From the IMG/VR virus record IMGVR_UViG_3300022602_000024, positions 62,001 through 126,000 of that record: 64,000 bases of DNA, one strand, 5' to 3'. A program made the translations under genes and the position numbers. The notes beneath the pieces are model-generated. The model made no database searches and was not told where the DNA came from. It saw nothing but the letters and a program-made list of their open reading frames with translations. Below, one piece after another: positions 1-10,197 of this stretch (position 1 is the stretch's first letter; every line of letters begins with the position of its first letter).

Positions 1-2
1 CC

Positions 3-734
3 GGGCAAGCTCTAACTGCTAATATTATAACCGCAGGATCTGTAGTAACAAACGGAATAACTACGTCAGGTACCACTGCAATTACACCGTCGGCAATTAC
101 AACCAGCACACTCAATGCATCGACGATAGTTACATCATCGTCGATCACAGTAGGCAGTTCTACTGTAGCCGGGACATCAGTAACAACTCCAACACTGAAT
201 GCGACAGCAGTAAATGTCAGCGGAACAATAGCCCCAACTGCTAATTTAGGTGTAAATTTGGGATCTAGTGGTACTTGGTTCAACAATGTGTATGCAGCTC
301 AGTTTGTAGGTACCACATTTGCAGGAACAGCGGTACGTGCACTCTACGCTGACTTGGCAGAACGGTTTGAAGCAGACACAGAATACGAGCCAGGAACCGT
401 GGTTGAAATGGGCGGCCCTGCAGAAATAACCAAAGTCGGTGCAGAATTAAGCGATAATGTATTTGGAGTCATAAGTACTAATGCAGCCTATTTGATGAAT
501 GCCGGTGCCGGAACAGATGTTACACATCCACCTATAGCAATGAGCGGTAGAGTTCCAGTCAAAGTAGTAGGTACAGTCAAAAAAGGTGATAGATTAGTCA
601 GTGCCGGAAACGGATGTGCCCGTGCAGGGTCAAAAGCAGAAATTACTCCTTGGAATGTAATTGGACGTAGTTTGGTTGACAAACTGGATGCTGATGAAGG
701 TATAATTGAAGCTATAGTAAAAATAAATTCATAA
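3..734 (+). CDS. Tail fibre/virion protein, C-terminal part (5'-truncated by the window edge), ending in an intramolecular-chaperone/autocleavage-like domain
   Basis: The frame of ORF 258-734 stays open back to base 3 (Thr/Ser/Ala/Val-rich). The C-terminal 'YADLAERFEAD..YEPGTVV..GG..EIT...GVIS..AYLMN...GRVPVKV.G...GD.LV' is typical of phage tail-fibre C-terminal chaperone domains. Confidence 0.7.
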   Translation, partial: GQALTANIITAGSVVTNGITTSGTTAITPSAITTSTLNASTIVTSSSITVGSSTVAGTSVTTPTLNATAVNVSGTIAPTANLGVNLGSSGTWFNNVYAAQFVGTTFAGTAVRALYADLAERFEADTEYEPGTVVEMGGPAEITKVGAELSDNVFGVISTNAAYLMNAGAGTDVTHPPIAMSGRVPVKVVGTVKKGDRLVSAGNGCARAGSKAEITPWNVIGRSLVDKLDADEGIIEAIVKINS

Positions 735-746
735 GGATAAACAAAA

Positions 747-1706
747 ATGGCATATTCACAAGGTGGTTTAATTGCAGCCACAGACTACAATGGTTTTGTG
801 GGCACTGCTACTACATCAGGCACTATAAATTATGTCTGGAGTACTGGTAACGGCCAATACGGTTACGGACAGACTGCACTAACACAAGCCGCATCATCAG
901 CAGGATTGATTACTGCCACACAATGGGCCACAATGATCAACACCTTAAACAGTATCAGTAAACATCAAAGTGGTGGTTCTGGTACTGGTATCACTGCTCC
1001 TACTGCTGGTAACCAAATCAATTATCTAAGCACACTATCAACTAACATTGCTACTATCAATACAAACCATAATAGTGCCAACACACAAGGCAGTATAGTG
1101 TCTGGATCGGGCGTTGCAGCCAGCGCCATCACTGCAACCAACAACACTACATATGGTCCTACAGTATTCCAAACACGTACAGTGACATTCAGTAGTGGCG
1201 ATGCTGCACGTTATTTCTTTAACGCTGGTGGTTCAATCAACTTGGTTGTTACCGGTGTAACAAACAACGACAGCACATCACGCAGTACTGATGCAGTAAA
1301 CGTGTTACTTACATACTTTGCAGGAATGAGCAACTTTAAAGGTACTAGCAATGGCCAACGCACTGGTACAGGTGGTACACTGAGTGGCAGTTACACATCG
1401 GGTTACTGGGGACTAACAACCAGTTACCAAACTATTGCACAGGTTACTACATCTAGCAGTACTTACTCTGGTGATTACATGTTGTTGCAAGCCAAAACAA
1501 ATGGTAGCAATTTATCCGGCAATGGCGATAACGGCAGTGTAATTTCTTTTGCACTGACTTATTATTCAGCACACACCAGTACAACTTCTGCATTGTACGG
1601 AAGTTCGGGCGACACATTGAATGTAACTCCCACAACCCGTATTGACTATTATCCACCAGAAACAACCAACTTGTCATCAAGTTGGGGAACCCCGACAATA
1701 GCCTAA
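747..1706 (+). CDS. Putative virion structural protein (Gly/Thr/Ser-rich, tail-associated)
   Basis: 319 aa with strong T/S/G bias, AAGGA RBS upstream, directly after the tail-fibre gene. Confidence 0.55.
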   Translation: MAYSQGGLIAATDYNGFVGTATTSGTINYVWSTGNGQYGYGQTALTQAASSAGLITATQWATMINTLNSISKHQSGGSGTGITAPTAGNQINYLSTLSTNIATINTNHNSANTQGSIVSGSGVAASAITATNNTTYGPTVFQTRTVTFSSGDAARYFFNAGGSINLVVTGVTNNDSTSRSTDAVNVLLTYFAGMSNFKGTSNGQRTGTGGTLSGSYTSGYWGLTTSYQTIAQVTTSSSTYSGDYMLLQAKTNGSNLSGNGDNGSVISFALTYYSAHTSTTSALYGSSGDTLNVTPTTRIDYYPPETTNLSSSWGTPTIA

Positions 1707-1718
1707 TACCCAATCGGG

Positions 1719-1747
1719 TTGACCTTTAAGGTGTAGCATAGTATAAT
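1719..1747 (+). promoter_or_regulatory. sigma70-type promoter TTGACC-17-TATAAT
   Basis: TTGACC at 1719-1724 and TATAAT at 1742-1747, upstream of the long + strand operon starting at 1773. Confidence 0.7.
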
Positions 1748-1765
1748 CACTTGCTACACCTTTTA
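1728..1765 (+). terminator. Inverted repeat / probable intrinsic terminator overlapping the promoter
   Basis: AAGGTGTAGCA (1728-1738) pairs with TGCTACACCTT (1752-1762), 13-nt loop, followed by TTATT. Confidence 0.55.
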
Positions 1766-1772
1766 TTCTATT

Positions 1773-2120
1773 ATGAGCGAAGTCGAACAGTTAACTAAAC
1801 AAATTAAACAGGCCACAGACTATCAAATCAATAAAACCATTCTACGGGAAAAGATTCAAACGGATCTACACTTTACCTATAATGGTGGATTATTTAAAGC
1901 CACACAAGAACTGATTGCTTTTGTATATGCTTGGAGCGGCACTGAAGAATTTTGGCCCTGGGATCACGGCAATCCCATTTTCTTAGAAGATACCTACGGT
2001 AATCCCATACGCATAGATAATCGTCAAGAATTTTATCAACGTGCCTGTGAACACTATCAACAGGCAATGAATACCTGGCATCAACAACATGAAGAACTCA
2101 AACGAATTAGAAAAATCTAG
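1773..2120 (+). CDS. Hypothetical protein
   Basis: 115-aa ORF that overlaps the next gene in an operon. Confidence 0.7.
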   Translation: MSEVEQLTKQIKQATDYQINKTILREKIQTDLHFTYNGGLFKATQELIAFVYAWSGTEEFWPWDHGNPIFLEDTYGNPIRIDNRQEFYQRACEHYQQAMNTWHQQHEELKRIRKI

Positions 2121-2916
2121 GGGTGCGGTTGTATTTGCGTTCAATACCGTAGTTGATTATGTCGCTATTGCAGATCAAACCAGCAGACTAATCGCACACA
2201 AGTTGCAACTGCCTGTGACATTGATTACAGATGCTGCCGCAGATCCAAAATTTGCTTACGATAAAATCATAAGAATCAATAACGATCCTACGTCGGAAAA
2301 TCAACGAGTAGACTCGGATCACACAGTAACAGAATGGCGCAACTTTGGGAGATATCTTGCATATGAACTTACACCGTATGATGACACTATTTTGCTTGAT
2401 ACAGATTATCTGGTACTCGATTCTAGCCTTAACACCTTATTTGAGACAGATTTTGACTACCGGTTAATGCATCATAATAAAACTCCTAAGGGCGCAGACT
2501 ACGAAATGATGGGACCAACTAGTTTACCGTTTGTTTGGGCCACTGTGGTCCTGTTTAGAAAAACAGAAAAGAGTCGATTGTTTTTCAATTTGGTTGGGCG
2601 CATACAACGTCATTATCATTATTATCGTTTGTTGTATAACATACAAGATCGTAATTTTAGGAATGATTTTGCGTTTGCTATTGCCAACAACATCATTAAC
2701 GGTTATAACTTAAACGAATCGCAAAGTATACCATGGCCCATGTTTACCATAGACGAAAAAATAGTTGATATAAGGGCAGACGGCCATATACTTAGAGTAT
2801 ACCACGATGATCACGCAACTATAGTGCCGCATCAGAATATACACATAATGGATAAAGAATATTTACAAAGCAAAAACTTTAAAAGAATGATTGGAATAAT
2901 CTGTGAGCCAACATAA
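2089..2916 (+). CDS. GT-A fold glycosyltransferase-like protein (GT8-like)
   Basis: 'TPYDDTILLDTDYL' contains a DxD motif; later 'RNDFAFAIA' and a C-terminal His. Confidence 0.6.
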   Translation: MKNSNELEKSRGAVVFAFNTVVDYVAIADQTSRLIAHKLQLPVTLITDAAADPKFAYDKIIRINNDPTSENQRVDSDHTVTEWRNFGRYLAYELTPYDDTILLDTDYLVLDSSLNTLFETDFDYRLMHHNKTPKGADYEMMGPTSLPFVWATVVLFRKTEKSRLFFNLVGRIQRHYHYYRLLYNIQDRNFRNDFAFAIANNIINGYNLNESQSIPWPMFTIDEKIVDIRADGHILRVYHDDHATIVPHQNIHIMDKEYLQSKNFKRMIGIICEPT

Positions 2917-3739
2917 AGAACAACAGGGCTTTGTGACTTTTGCCATCAATACTCCCGAAGTCAACTACGGAGAACTTGCATATCTACAATGCTTGAATGT
3001 CAAATCCACGCAACAAAACAATCGTTATGCAGTTATTGTTGATGTTAACACATACGAATCGTTTACCAAACAACAACTTGATACATTTGATTATGTAATA
3101 CAAATTGGTGTTGATAGAGACAATCCATTTAGTGCAGAACCTATGGTCTGGCACCATACACCATTTAAAGAAACAATCAAATTGGAAAGTGATCTGTTGT
3201 TCACCCGCAGTATTGACCATTGGTGGACTGCGTTTAGGCTACGCAATGTTTGTTTAAGTACGCATGCCAGGGCCGCTACTGGTGCCATGCTCGATGGGTT
3301 TATTAAATATAGAGAATTATTCAAAGCCAATCAATTGCCTGACATATACAACGGATTAATGTATTTTAGATACACGCAAGAAGCACATGACTTTTTTCTT
3401 ACTGCCAGAAACATTTTTGAAAACTGGGACATTGTTAGTGCTGAATTAATCAGATGCAATGTTCCTGCCAGCACTGATGTAGTATATGCCATAGCCGCAT
3501 TGATACTAGGTGAAGACATAGTGACCATGCCCAGTCTAGACTTCCTAAATTTTGTGCATATGAAGTCAGGTTTCAATGGATGGAGCGATGCACGCACTTG
3601 GTTAGAAACAGTGGTCAACGAACGTGATGGCGATATCATACGCATCAACAACTTGAACCAATATCATCCGGTGCACTACTACGATAAAACTTACTGCACC
3701 CAAGAATTGATTAAATACTATGAGTCCAGAAGAACTTGA
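2903..3739 (+). CDS. GT-A glycosyltransferase-like protein, paralogue of the preceding gene
   Basis: 'TPFKETIKLESDLL' (ExD variant), 'YNGLMYF', 'TDVVYAIA', 'FVHMK' are collinear with 2089-2916. Confidence 0.55.
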   Translation: MSQHKEQQGFVTFAINTPEVNYGELAYLQCLNVKSTQQNNRYAVIVDVNTYESFTKQQLDTFDYVIQIGVDRDNPFSAEPMVWHHTPFKETIKLESDLLFTRSIDHWWTAFRLRNVCLSTHARAATGAMLDGFIKYRELFKANQLPDIYNGLMYFRYTQEAHDFFLTARNIFENWDIVSAELIRCNVPASTDVVYAIAALILGEDIVTMPSLDFLNFVHMKSGFNGWSDARTWLETVVNERDGDIIRINNLNQYHPVHYYDKTYCTQELIKYYESRRT

Positions 3740-4076
3740 ATTTTGGAGAGAAGTTGAATCTCTCATTGCCCCTCCTGTAGAAACTGTAATAGAATACCGC
3801 TTGCATTATGATGCTGCAGGCGATATTGTTACTGCTTCAATGGCCAATCACCCAGAATCCAACCAATACATAGTTGTAGATCGAGCCACATACGAGAGAT
3901 ATTTTGAGTATCGTGTGGAAAAAGGCCAGTTAAAAAAGATAGACAAGGACTCGGGATTTAGTGTAAAATTACACAAAGCCTCTGATGGTTTTCGAGTAGT
4001 TAAGAATCACGCTGGTATTATACTGGACGCTGACGAAACATATACAGACACAGAATATTATGACACAAATCGTTGA
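3720..4076 (+). CDS. Hypothetical protein
   Basis: 118-aa ORF overlapping both neighbours. Confidence 0.65.
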   Translation: MSPEELEFWREVESLIAPPVETVIEYRLHYDAAGDIVTASMANHPESNQYIVVDRATYERYFEYRVEKGQLKKIDKDSGFSVKLHKASDGFRVVKNHAGIILDADETYTDTEYYDTNR

Positions 4077-4956
4077 TGTAGCAGATTTAGATTGCATTTA
4101 TTTAACATATGATGAACCTCAAAAAGAAGAATTTTGGATCAAGATCCAAAACATGGTACCCTGGGCTAAACGAGTTGATGGAATCAAGGGCAGTGATGCG
4201 GCTCACAAAGCAGCCGCGGATGCTAGCAATACTGATAGGTTTGTGCTTATCGACGGCGATAACTTGCCTGATGCTGATTTCTTTAACCTCCAGTTACATT
4301 TGGATAGCACCAATGATGCTTGTGTTTTTCGTTGGCGGGCTCGTAACAGTATTAATGGCCTAATGTACGGCAATGGTGGTATGAGTTGTTGGACAAAAGA
4401 ATTCGTCTACAATATGAAAACACACGAAGCGTCAGATGGATCAGATGACACCGCAGTGGAGTTCTGTTTTGATCCCAACTACTGGGCCATGCACGACTGT
4501 TACAGCACAACCTATCCTGATGCAACACCTTATCAAGCCTGGCGTGCTGGCTATAGAGAAGGTGTTAAGATGTGTTTGGATCGTGGAGCAAAACCCACGA
4601 TAGAAGAATTTAGTCAACGTGTTCAAGGACGCAACTATGATAACCTATGCATCTGGCAAAGTGTCGGAGCAGATAACCCCAATGGCCTGTGGGCCATTTA
4701 CGGAGCACGGCTGGGTACATTCATGACCATGTGCGAAAAGTGGGAATATAGAGATGTACAAGATTTTGATAGACTCAAAAAGTTATGGGAAACTTTTGGT
4801 AAGTTAGATCCTGTAACAGAAATCAACAAGCTGACCAAACCTTTGCAAAACCGACTGGGATTACCTATTACATTATTAGATAGCAATGCTAGTCAGTTTT
4901 TTAAACATCATTATCGTGCGGTGTTTAAAAATAGAGGACCAATGATTCGTGAATAA
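4060..4956 (+). CDS. GT-A (GT2-like) glycosyltransferase-like protein
   Basis: 'RVDGIKGSDAAHKAAA...RFVLIDGDN' with a DxD motif in GT-A context. Confidence 0.6.
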   Translation: MTQIVDVADLDCIYLTYDEPQKEEFWIKIQNMVPWAKRVDGIKGSDAAHKAAADASNTDRFVLIDGDNLPDADFFNLQLHLDSTNDACVFRWRARNSINGLMYGNGGMSCWTKEFVYNMKTHEASDGSDDTAVEFCFDPNYWAMHDCYSTTYPDATPYQAWRAGYREGVKMCLDRGAKPTIEEFSQRVQGRNYDNLCIWQSVGADNPNGLWAIYGARLGTFMTMCEKWEYRDVQDFDRLKKLWETFGKLDPVTEINKLTKPLQNRLGLPITLLDSNASQFFKHHYRAVFKNRGPMIRE

Positions 4957-6334
4957 GTCAGATTTTATGGCAAGTGCTGAGTGGATGAAAGATCACTTGG
5001 GAGAAGGCCTGTGCTTGGCTAAATGGAAGCAGGTTAGTCTACATTTACCCACAGGACTCAACAATAGTTGTTACCATCCTCCACTACATCAAATTGATGC
5101 GGCAGCACTCAAAGACAATCCTGGTGCATTACACAATACTGCCCACAAAAAAGAGCAGCGCAAGATTATGCTCCGACATGAACGTCCTAGCGAGTGTCAA
5201 TACTGCTGGAACATGGAAGACCTGGGCCGGTTAAGTGACAGGCATTACCGTTCAGGTGAGCGTTGGGCTGCAGAAGAATACGACACAATCGTTAACAGTA
5301 CAGGAGATGAAGATGATGTTATCCCCGCATACGTGGAGGTTAATTTTAACCACGCTTGCAATTTGGCTTGCAGCTATTGCAGCCCTCAGTTTAGCAGTAC
5401 GTGGCAAACAGAAATTGACCGTTTTGGTGGCTATCCTACTAGTACTATTCACAACGATGCTAGTCATTTCACTGGGCGCAATCGTCCTATTCCCGCCTCC
5501 GGCGATAACCCCTATGTAGACGCATTTTGGGCCTGGTGGCCCGAACTATACCCCAAACTAAAACATTTTAGAATGACTGGTGGCGAACCATTAATGGACA
5601 AGAATACCTATAAGGTATTTGACTATGTCCTGGCTATGCCTAACCCCGAACTGCACTTAAATGTTACTAGTAACTTCAGCGTAGAAGATAGCTTGTTTGA
5701 AAAGTATATGGGCTATGTTAAACAACTATGCTCAACTCAAATTGAACACTTTATGCAGTTTGTGAGTCTGGACTCCGGCCAGTATCAACACGCAGAATAC
5801 ATTAGACATGGATTAAATTTCCATCGTATGCAAAATAACGTACATAGGTTCCTGCACGAAATTCCCTACCGCAATAGTCTAACATTTATTATTACAATGA
5901 ATAACCTGAGTGTACTAGGTCTGCAACGCCAGTTAGAATGGATACTTGACTTGCGTAAGTCCTACAGTACCACATACCAACGTGTTTGGTTTGATACTCC
6001 TGTGTTACGTAAACCTGAATGGCAAAGCCTACAGATACTGCCGCCCATATATGCTGATCATTTGGATCGTATGGCAGACTGGATGGAGTTGAATTTAGAA
6101 ACTGCCAAGGACCCATTTCATGGATTTAAAGACTATGAAGTGCAAAGACTGCGTAGAGACATTGCCTGGATGAGAGAAGGTAGCAATTTAGATCCCAAGT
6201 ATGTTATACTGCAAAAAGCAGACTTTTATAGATTTTTTAACGAACACGATAAAAGACGTCGTACAGATTTTTTAGGAACTTTTCCGCAGATGCGAGAATT
6301 TTGGAAAGAATGCGAATACTATGCCAAGAATTAA
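4949..6334 (+). CDS. Radical SAM protein with N-terminal SPASM/Twitch-like Cys domain
   Basis: CNLACSYC (CxxxCxxC), 'MTGGEPL'; N-terminal C..KW...SCYH...CQYC. Confidence 0.85.
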   Translation: MNKSDFMASAEWMKDHLGEGLCLAKWKQVSLHLPTGLNNSCYHPPLHQIDAAALKDNPGALHNTAHKKEQRKIMLRHERPSECQYCWNMEDLGRLSDRHYRSGERWAAEEYDTIVNSTGDEDDVIPAYVEVNFNHACNLACSYCSPQFSSTWQTEIDRFGGYPTSTIHNDASHFTGRNRPIPASGDNPYVDAFWAWWPELYPKLKHFRMTGGEPLMDKNTYKVFDYVLAMPNPELHLNVTSNFSVEDSLFEKYMGYVKQLCSTQIEHFMQFVSLDSGQYQHAEYIRHGLNFHRMQNNVHRFLHEIPYRNSLTFIITMNNLSVLGLQRQLEWILDLRKSYSTTYQRVWFDTPVLRKPEWQSLQILPPIYADHLDRMADWMELNLETAKDPFHGFKDYEVQRLRRDIAWMREGSNLDPKYVILQKADFYRFFNEHDKRRRTDFLGTFPQMREFWKECEYYAKN

Positions 6335-7676
6335 TAACGAAACCGACTTAGAATATAAACGCAGAGTGATTGACATCAAGTCGGATTCATTCTGCGGAGC
6401 AAAATGGTACAATGCCACTATATGGCTTGGATCGGGCATGACTACTAGTTGCCACCATCCATTGCCTCATCGAATTGACATTGATGATGTCAAACGTAAT
6501 CCCAAAGCATTACATAACACGCAAAAGAAAAAGATGGAGCGTGAACAGATGCAGAAAGGAGAGCGTCCTGCTGGATGTGAGTATTGCTGGAAAATAGAAG
6601 ACATTGGTAGAGATAATATTTCTGATCGTGTGTACAAAACAATCATTTATAAAGACGAGGAACTAAGAGATGCTTATGCTAGGCCAGCACGCCATGACGT
6701 GGATTTACGAACGCTTGAGATTGCTTTTGATCGTACATGCAATTTTGGGTGTAGTTACTGTAACCCTGCTTTCAGTAGCACTTGGGTTAAGGATATCGAT
6801 GTTCATGGACCCTATACACATCTCACTTCAGACGGCAGGAATCATTTTACTCATAGCCATGATAGTAGTCAACTTTATACTTTTAATCAACATAATCCTT
6901 ACACTGAGGCGTTCTTTAAATGGTGGGAGACCGACCTTCATAGAACGCTTACTGAACTTAGGTTAACTGGTGGCGAACCATTGATGAGTGGAGAAACCTG
7001 GAAGTTATTAGATTGGTTTCGAACTAGAGAAGTAAACCCTGACATGCGTTTTGCGCTTAACAGTAATCTTGGTGCCAAAGACGAGTTGATTGATCGCATG
7101 ATCGAAGCCACACAACATATTGATCACTTTCATTTATACACCAGTAACGAAAGTATGGGCGCACAAGCAGAATACATACGTGACGGCCTTGACTGGACGA
7201 CATGGACTGCTAATGTAGAAAAAGTGTTAAGTCAAGGGCGCATTGAAGGCTTCCATATGATGTGTACTATTAATGCATTATGCTTAGATACGCTACCTGA
7301 GTTTTTAGATCAATGTATAGCTTGGAAAACCCGTTACGGCAAAGACTATCCTACATTTACACTAAATATTTTACGCTTTCCTAGTTTTCAATCACCACTT
7401 GTGTTATCGGATGACATAAGAACATATTACAAATATAATTTACAACAGTGGTTTGACAACAATACCGCAAATCCTTTCTTACACGAAATGGAACGTAATC
7501 AAGTTCAGCGACTAATAGATTATTTAGATGTAGTTAAAACTCCGCATTCGGGCGCAGCAGAACAAACAATGCTACAACAAGACTTTAAACAATTTTACAC
7601 ACAATATGATCAGCGACGAAATAAGAATTTTATTGCAACATTTCCAGCAGTATGCGAATGGTATAATTCACTATGA
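6321..7676 (+). CDS. Radical SAM protein with N-terminal SPASM/Twitch-like domain
   Basis: CNFGCSYC, 'LTGGEPL'; N-terminal CGAKW...SCHH...CEYC. Confidence 0.85.
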   Translation: MPRINNETDLEYKRRVIDIKSDSFCGAKWYNATIWLGSGMTTSCHHPLPHRIDIDDVKRNPKALHNTQKKKMEREQMQKGERPAGCEYCWKIEDIGRDNISDRVYKTIIYKDEELRDAYARPARHDVDLRTLEIAFDRTCNFGCSYCNPAFSSTWVKDIDVHGPYTHLTSDGRNHFTHSHDSSQLYTFNQHNPYTEAFFKWWETDLHRTLTELRLTGGEPLMSGETWKLLDWFRTREVNPDMRFALNSNLGAKDELIDRMIEATQHIDHFHLYTSNESMGAQAEYIRDGLDWTTWTANVEKVLSQGRIEGFHMMCTINALCLDTLPEFLDQCIAWKTRYGKDYPTFTLNILRFPSFQSPLVLSDDIRTYYKYNLQQWFDNNTANPFLHEMERNQVQRLIDYLDVVKTPHSGAAEQTMLQQDFKQFYTQYDQRRNKNFIATFPAVCEWYNSL

Positions 7677-8989
7677 GCAAAGATTTTTATAACAAAGGGT
7701 ATGACTATAATGCTCGTAAACCGTACTTTGTTGATCAAGTAGATCTGACTGAGCAAGAGTGGGCAAGATTAACGGAAAGCGATACATTTTGTATGTTGCC
7801 TTGGATGCATATGCACGCCTTTCCTGATGGTCGTGCATATCCTTGTTGTCTAAGTGATTATTGGCATCCGGTAGGGGACTTGCGCAAGAACACCATGGCC
7901 GAAGTTTGGAATCAAGACGCATACCGGACCATGCGCAGTAACATGTTGCAGGACAAGCCATGTAAAGAATGTACCAAGTGTTACGAGCAAGAACGACATG
8001 GTGCTTTTAGTATGCGCAACGACAGTAATAGAAACTACGGGCATTTAATCAAAGAAACCAACAATACTCATGAAGATGGCACTCACCCAGAATTTAAAAT
8101 ACGATATTGGGATGTGCGTTTTAGTAATCTTTGTAATTTTAGTTGTCGCAGTTGCGGTCCTATCTTTAGCAGTAACTGGTACAATGATCATGTAAAGTTA
8201 TACAATCGTAAACCTGATGTGTTAGGCAGAGACATGGCCAGGGTAGAATACACCACAGGCGACGAAGATGATATGATAGCACAAATGATGCCGCATGTGC
8301 CCTATCTTGAACAGGTGTACTTTGCTGGTGGCGAACCGCTTATAATGAAAGAGCATTATTTCCTATTAGAAAAACTAATAGAAGCTGGCAAAACTGATAT
8401 TCGTTTGCAATACAATACAAACTTTAGTGAACTACATTTTAAAGACAAACATGTATTTGAATACTGGAAACATTTTAAAAATGTGTCAGTGGGTGCTAGT
8501 TTAGATGGCATGGGTGCACAGGCAGAACTGATACGTAAAGGAACAGATTGGCAACAAACCGTTGAAAATCGTGAACGCATGATGCGGGAAGTTCCACATG
8601 TGGATTTTTATGTCAGCAGTACAGTTAGTAGCATGAATGTATTGCACGTATTGGACTTTCATAAGTCTTGGACTAAAATGGGATTAATCAATGCCAAAGA
8701 TTGGAATATCAATATTTGTCAAAGTCCTGAATGGTACCGTATAGATATATTCCCAGACGAGTTTAAACAACGTGTTATCTATCCTGCTTATGAAGAGCAT
8801 ATTGCTTGGCTTGATCCACAGGATACTCTGCGTCGTGCAACTACAGGATATCAAAGTTTATTGAGTTTAATGCGCGGCAATGATGGCACTCAACATTGGC
8901 CCAGATTTGTTGAGGAGATATCTGTATTAGATAATCTACGAAATGAAAACTTTTGGGAGACATTTCCTGAGTTTGAGGAATTAAAATGA
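7673..8989 (+). CDS. Radical SAM protein with N-terminal SPASM/Twitch-like domain
   Basis: CNFSCRSC, 'FAGGEPL', 'YNTN'; N-terminal CMLPW...PCC...CTKC. Confidence 0.85.
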   Translation: MSKDFYNKGYDYNARKPYFVDQVDLTEQEWARLTESDTFCMLPWMHMHAFPDGRAYPCCLSDYWHPVGDLRKNTMAEVWNQDAYRTMRSNMLQDKPCKECTKCYEQERHGAFSMRNDSNRNYGHLIKETNNTHEDGTHPEFKIRYWDVRFSNLCNFSCRSCGPIFSSNWYNDHVKLYNRKPDVLGRDMARVEYTTGDEDDMIAQMMPHVPYLEQVYFAGGEPLIMKEHYFLLEKLIEAGKTDIRLQYNTNFSELHFKDKHVFEYWKHFKNVSVGASLDGMGAQAELIRKGTDWQQTVENRERMMREVPHVDFYVSSTVSSMNVLHVLDFHKSWTKMGLINAKDWNINICQSPEWYRIDIFPDEFKQRVIYPAYEEHIAWLDPQDTLRRATTGYQSLLSLMRGNDGTQHWPRFVEEISVLDNLRNENFWETFPEFEELK

Positions 8990-10197
8990 CATTACCAGAA
9001 ACAATTTGTATGCTGCCTTGGATCAGCATTGAAGCCAGTCCAATGGGCACAACTCGCCCGTGTTGTTTAGCACAAGAAGAGATTATAGACGATGAAGGTA
9101 ATAAGATAGACTTACGCACGAGTACCTTACATGATGCATACCAAAGCGAGTATATGCAAAACTTACGTAGGCAATTTCGTGCAGGAGAAAAACCTGCAAC
9201 ATGCAGAATGTGTTGGGAAGAAGAGGCGGCTGGCAGAGCAAGCAAACGTATTAATAGTCGTATACGGTTAAAAGAATCGTATACACAAGTTGATTGGATG
9301 AACGATACTCCAGACCAACTCTGGTTTATTGATTTAAAACTAGGCAACATCTGTAACTTAAAATGTCGTATATGCGGATCTTGGTCTAGTAGCAAATGGG
9401 CCGCAGAAGAAATGGATTACTTGCCCAAGGGGACAGATAAAAAATCGCACATTGCCTATACATGGCTCAAAGCTGGTAGCTGGCCTGAAGAAAGCCCGGA
9501 CTTTTGGGACAACTTAAAATCCTTGTTGCCTGATATTAAGTACTTTGAGTTTACTGGCGGCGAGCCTTGGCTGATCGAGGAACACTGGGAGTTGTTGGAG
9601 TTTGCTGTTGCAGAAGGCTACGGCAAGGGTATTGATATACATTACAATACCAATGCTACACAGGCACCAACTAGATTAATACCATTATTAGACAAACTTG
9701 GTAGAGTTGATATTGCATTCAGCGTTGACAACGTAGGTGATCGTTTTGAATATGAACGTTATGGCGCTAAATGGACAGAAGCCAACAACATAATCGATGC
9801 CACACATGGATTGCGTACTAAGTATAACAACATTACCACTCAGTTGTGCTTTACTATCAATATTCAAAATGTCTACTATCTAGACGAGTTGTTGTCTTGG
9901 GCTAACACCAAAGGTTTTAACAGTATCTACTTCAATATGTTACAGAGCCCGGACCGTATGAGTATACAACGTATGACTCCGGTTGCACAGGAGTTGGTAC
10001 TAAACAAATTAAAAACACATTTTTGGAAATCTACATATTATCAACAAGAAATTGATAACGTCATCAAGTTTATTGAAAACGGCTCTGGTAGCGATGGTCA
10101 AGACTTTGTGGAAAAGATGCAGCAGACAGATTCTTATCGTCGACAAAACTTCATGGACACGCATTCTGAAATAGCACGAGCAATGGGATATGAATAA
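8986..10197 (+). CDS. Radical SAM protein with N-terminal SPASM/Twitch-like domain
   Basis: CNLKCRIC, 'FTGGEP', 'YNTN'; N-terminal CMLPW...PCC...CRMC. Confidence 0.85.
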   Translation: MTLPETICMLPWISIEASPMGTTRPCCLAQEEIIDDEGNKIDLRTSTLHDAYQSEYMQNLRRQFRAGEKPATCRMCWEEEAAGRASKRINSRIRLKESYTQVDWMNDTPDQLWFIDLKLGNICNLKCRICGSWSSSKWAAEEMDYLPKGTDKKSHIAYTWLKAGSWPEESPDFWDNLKSLLPDIKYFEFTGGEPWLIEEHWELLEFAVAEGYGKGIDIHYNTNATQAPTRLIPLLDKLGRVDIAFSVDNVGDRFEYERYGAKWTEANNIIDATHGLRTKYNNITTQLCFTINIQNVYYLDELLSWANTKGFNSIYFNMLQSPDRMSIQRMTPVAQELVLNKLKTHFWKSTYYQQEIDNVIKFIENGSGSDGQDFVEKMQQTDSYRRQNFMDTHSEIARAMGYE

